Origin: a virus
Taxonomy: Duplodnaviria > Caudoviricetes
Virus record (IMG/VR): IMGVR_UViG_3300036376_000012
Coordinates: 1-44,317 of that record
Direction: 5' to 3' (one strand)
DNA: 44,317 bases
How positions within the stretch are numbered: the first letter of the stretch is position 1; each line of letters begins with the position of its first letter. Shown here one piece after another: positions 43,037 to 44,317 of this stretch. The position numbers were made by a program, and so were the translations under genes. Under the pieces are notes generated by a model that made no database searches, had not been told where the DNA came from, and saw nothing but the letters and a program-made list of their open reading frames with translations.

Positions 43037-44293
43037 CTACGACTTGCGCCGCCCCACCAGAAGCGACGACACGGGCGGAAAGCCCTCGAGCAGAAGGTCC
43101 GCCCACTCCTGAGCGATTTCCCGACGCCTTCGCAAAAAGCGGGCGCGGTTGTAGATCCCGGCGACGCCCCGCTTGCGGTGGGCAAGCATCCGCTCGATGA
43201 CCTCCTCGTCGCCAGGGCGTTCGTCCGCCTGCGCTCTCTCGTTCATGATCGTCGAGAAGGACGTGCGCCAGCCATGCGGCACGTGAATGTCGCGAAACCC
43301 GGCGGTGATGTAGAGTTTCGAGACGGACACGTCGGTCAGATGCTTGCGGCTGCTGTTCGGGCTGGGGAACGCATAGACCGAGTGGCCGGACAGCGATTTC
43401 AGCACCGCCAGCAGCTCCATCGCCTGTCGCGCGAGCGGGACATGATGCTCCCAGGCCGCGTCGAGCTTGCCTTGCACGGTGAGCTTCATCCGCGCCGGCG
43501 GGACGATCCAGGTCGGCTCGTCGGGATCGAGCCCGGTCAGCTCCGACCAGGGCGCCGCCTGCACGACGCCGGGACGGGCGGCCGTGAGCGCAGTGAAGCG
43601 CGAGGCGAGCTTGACCACCGGATGCCCAGGGATGCTCTCCACCGCCATCAGCATCGCGCGCAGCGCCTCGATCTGCGTGATCGCCGGAAAATGGATCACC
43701 GGCGCCGAGCGCACCGGCACGGCCTCGACAGCCGGATTGTCCAGCGCGAGGCCCAGCCCCCTGGCGTACTGGAACACGGCCGAGGCCAGCGTGCGAAAGC
43801 GGCGCGCCATCTCCAGCGCGCCCCTGCGCTCGATCTCCTTGACCTGCGCGACGATCATGGGGCGCGTCACCTGCGTGATCGGCAGGCGGCCCATCGGCCT
43901 GAACAGCTCCCGTTCGAGCATGTTGAGCGTGCGGTCGGCATGCGAGCGGCCCCACATCGGCAGCTGCTCGGCATAATAAGCGCGCGCGATCGCCTCGACG
44001 GTCGTGCCAGCCTCGGCCCGCGCCTCGGCTTTCTTCTGCTTGCGCTCGATGCCCGGGTCGATCCCCTTCGCCAGCCCGCGCCGCGCCTCGTCGCGCATCT
44101 CGCGCGCTTCGCGCAGCGTGATCGCTGGATAGGGTCCGAGCACGATTCGCTGCTTCTTGCCATGGATGGTGTAGGACAAGCGCCAGCTCTTGTAGCCAGA
44201 CTTCGTGACGTAGAGGTGCAGCCCGAGGGCGTCGGTCAGCTTGTAATCCCTGTCCCGCGCCCTCGCGGTCCGGCATTGGGCATCCGTCAGCAC
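43037..44293 (-). CDS. int: Tyrosine integrase 2 (P4-like), probable prophage integrase
   Basis: LTDAQCRTAR..DRDYKLTDALGLHL; catalytic TAAR, RMK, HGWR, LAH, IYNR; terminal position; upstream motif matches the left-junction arms. Confidence 0.95.
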   Translation of the reverse strand: MLTDAQCRTARARDRDYKLTDALGLHLYVTKSGYKSWRLSYTIHGKKQRIVLGPYPAITLREAREMRDEARRGLAKGIDPGIERKQKKAEARAEAGTTVEAIARAYYAEQLPMWGRSHADRTLNMLERELFRPMGRLPITQVTRPMIVAQVKEIERRGALEMARRFRTLASAVFQYARGLGLALDNPAVEAVPVRSAPVIHFPAITQIEALRAMLMAVESIPGHPVVKLASRFTALTAARPGVVQAAPWSELTGLDPDEPTWIVPPARMKLTVQGKLDAAWEHHVPLARQAMELLAVLKSLSGHSVYAFPSPNSSRKHLTDVSVSKLYITAGFRDIHVPHGWRTSFSTIMNERAQADERPGDEEVIERMLAHRKRGVAGIYNRARFLRRRREIAQEWADLLLEGFPPVSSLLVGRRKS

Positions 44294-44317
44294 GGAATGA
44301 CCCCGACCGCTCCCCAA

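Larger units (their letters stand above)
829..44317. mobile_element. Temperate siphovirus prophage (HK97-type head), tRNA-integrated; right junction lies beyond the window
   Basis: Complete head, tail, lysis, immunity and integration modules; tRNA 3'-end copy at the left end; integrase at the right end. Confidence 0.95.

Noticed and set aside
1-44317. CRISPR array, rRNA, IS elements
   Set aside because: No repeat-spacer array, rRNA-like sequence or transposase seen

Overview
Nearly the whole window (829 to past the right edge) is one apparently intact temperate siphovirus prophage of about 43.5 kb or more. It has an HK97-type head and a long non-contractile tail, in a GC-rich alphaproteobacterium (Sphingomonadaceae is my inference). 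The left junction is a 17-bp copy of a tRNA 3' end (829-845, probably tRNA-Pro) with arm-type repeats next to it. Gene order is: leftward early operon (cro, cII-like, HTH/Zn proteins, a CI paralog, gapR, ASCH, parB-like, alpA/xis); cI lacking a peptidase domain; LexA-like HTH plus DUF6456/GafZ-like late regulator; HNH, terminase, portal, protease, capsid; neck and tail with a lambda-type -1 frameshift; tape measure; tail tip and polysaccharide-targeting fibres; lysis; BrnTA; integrase 1; cargo; plasmid-type repA; integrase 2. The most unusual points are: (i) integration appears to split the early operon, so the only replication initiator is rejoined to the lytic promoter only after excision; (ii) two related, convergent, catalytically complete integrases plus RepA, ParB and a TA pair give a phage-plasmid-like design; (iii) a lytic-operon paralog of CI with a swapped recognition helix; (iv) a candidate SOS-to-late cascade marked by a 20-bp repeat and a family of related terminators; (v) a signal-peptide paralog of the tailspike beta-helix coupled to the endolysin; (vi) unannotated structured elements (a pseudoknot before the tail chaperone, a probable antisense RNA, an origin-like hairpin cluster). 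All family calls come from motif recognition by eye; no database searches were run.
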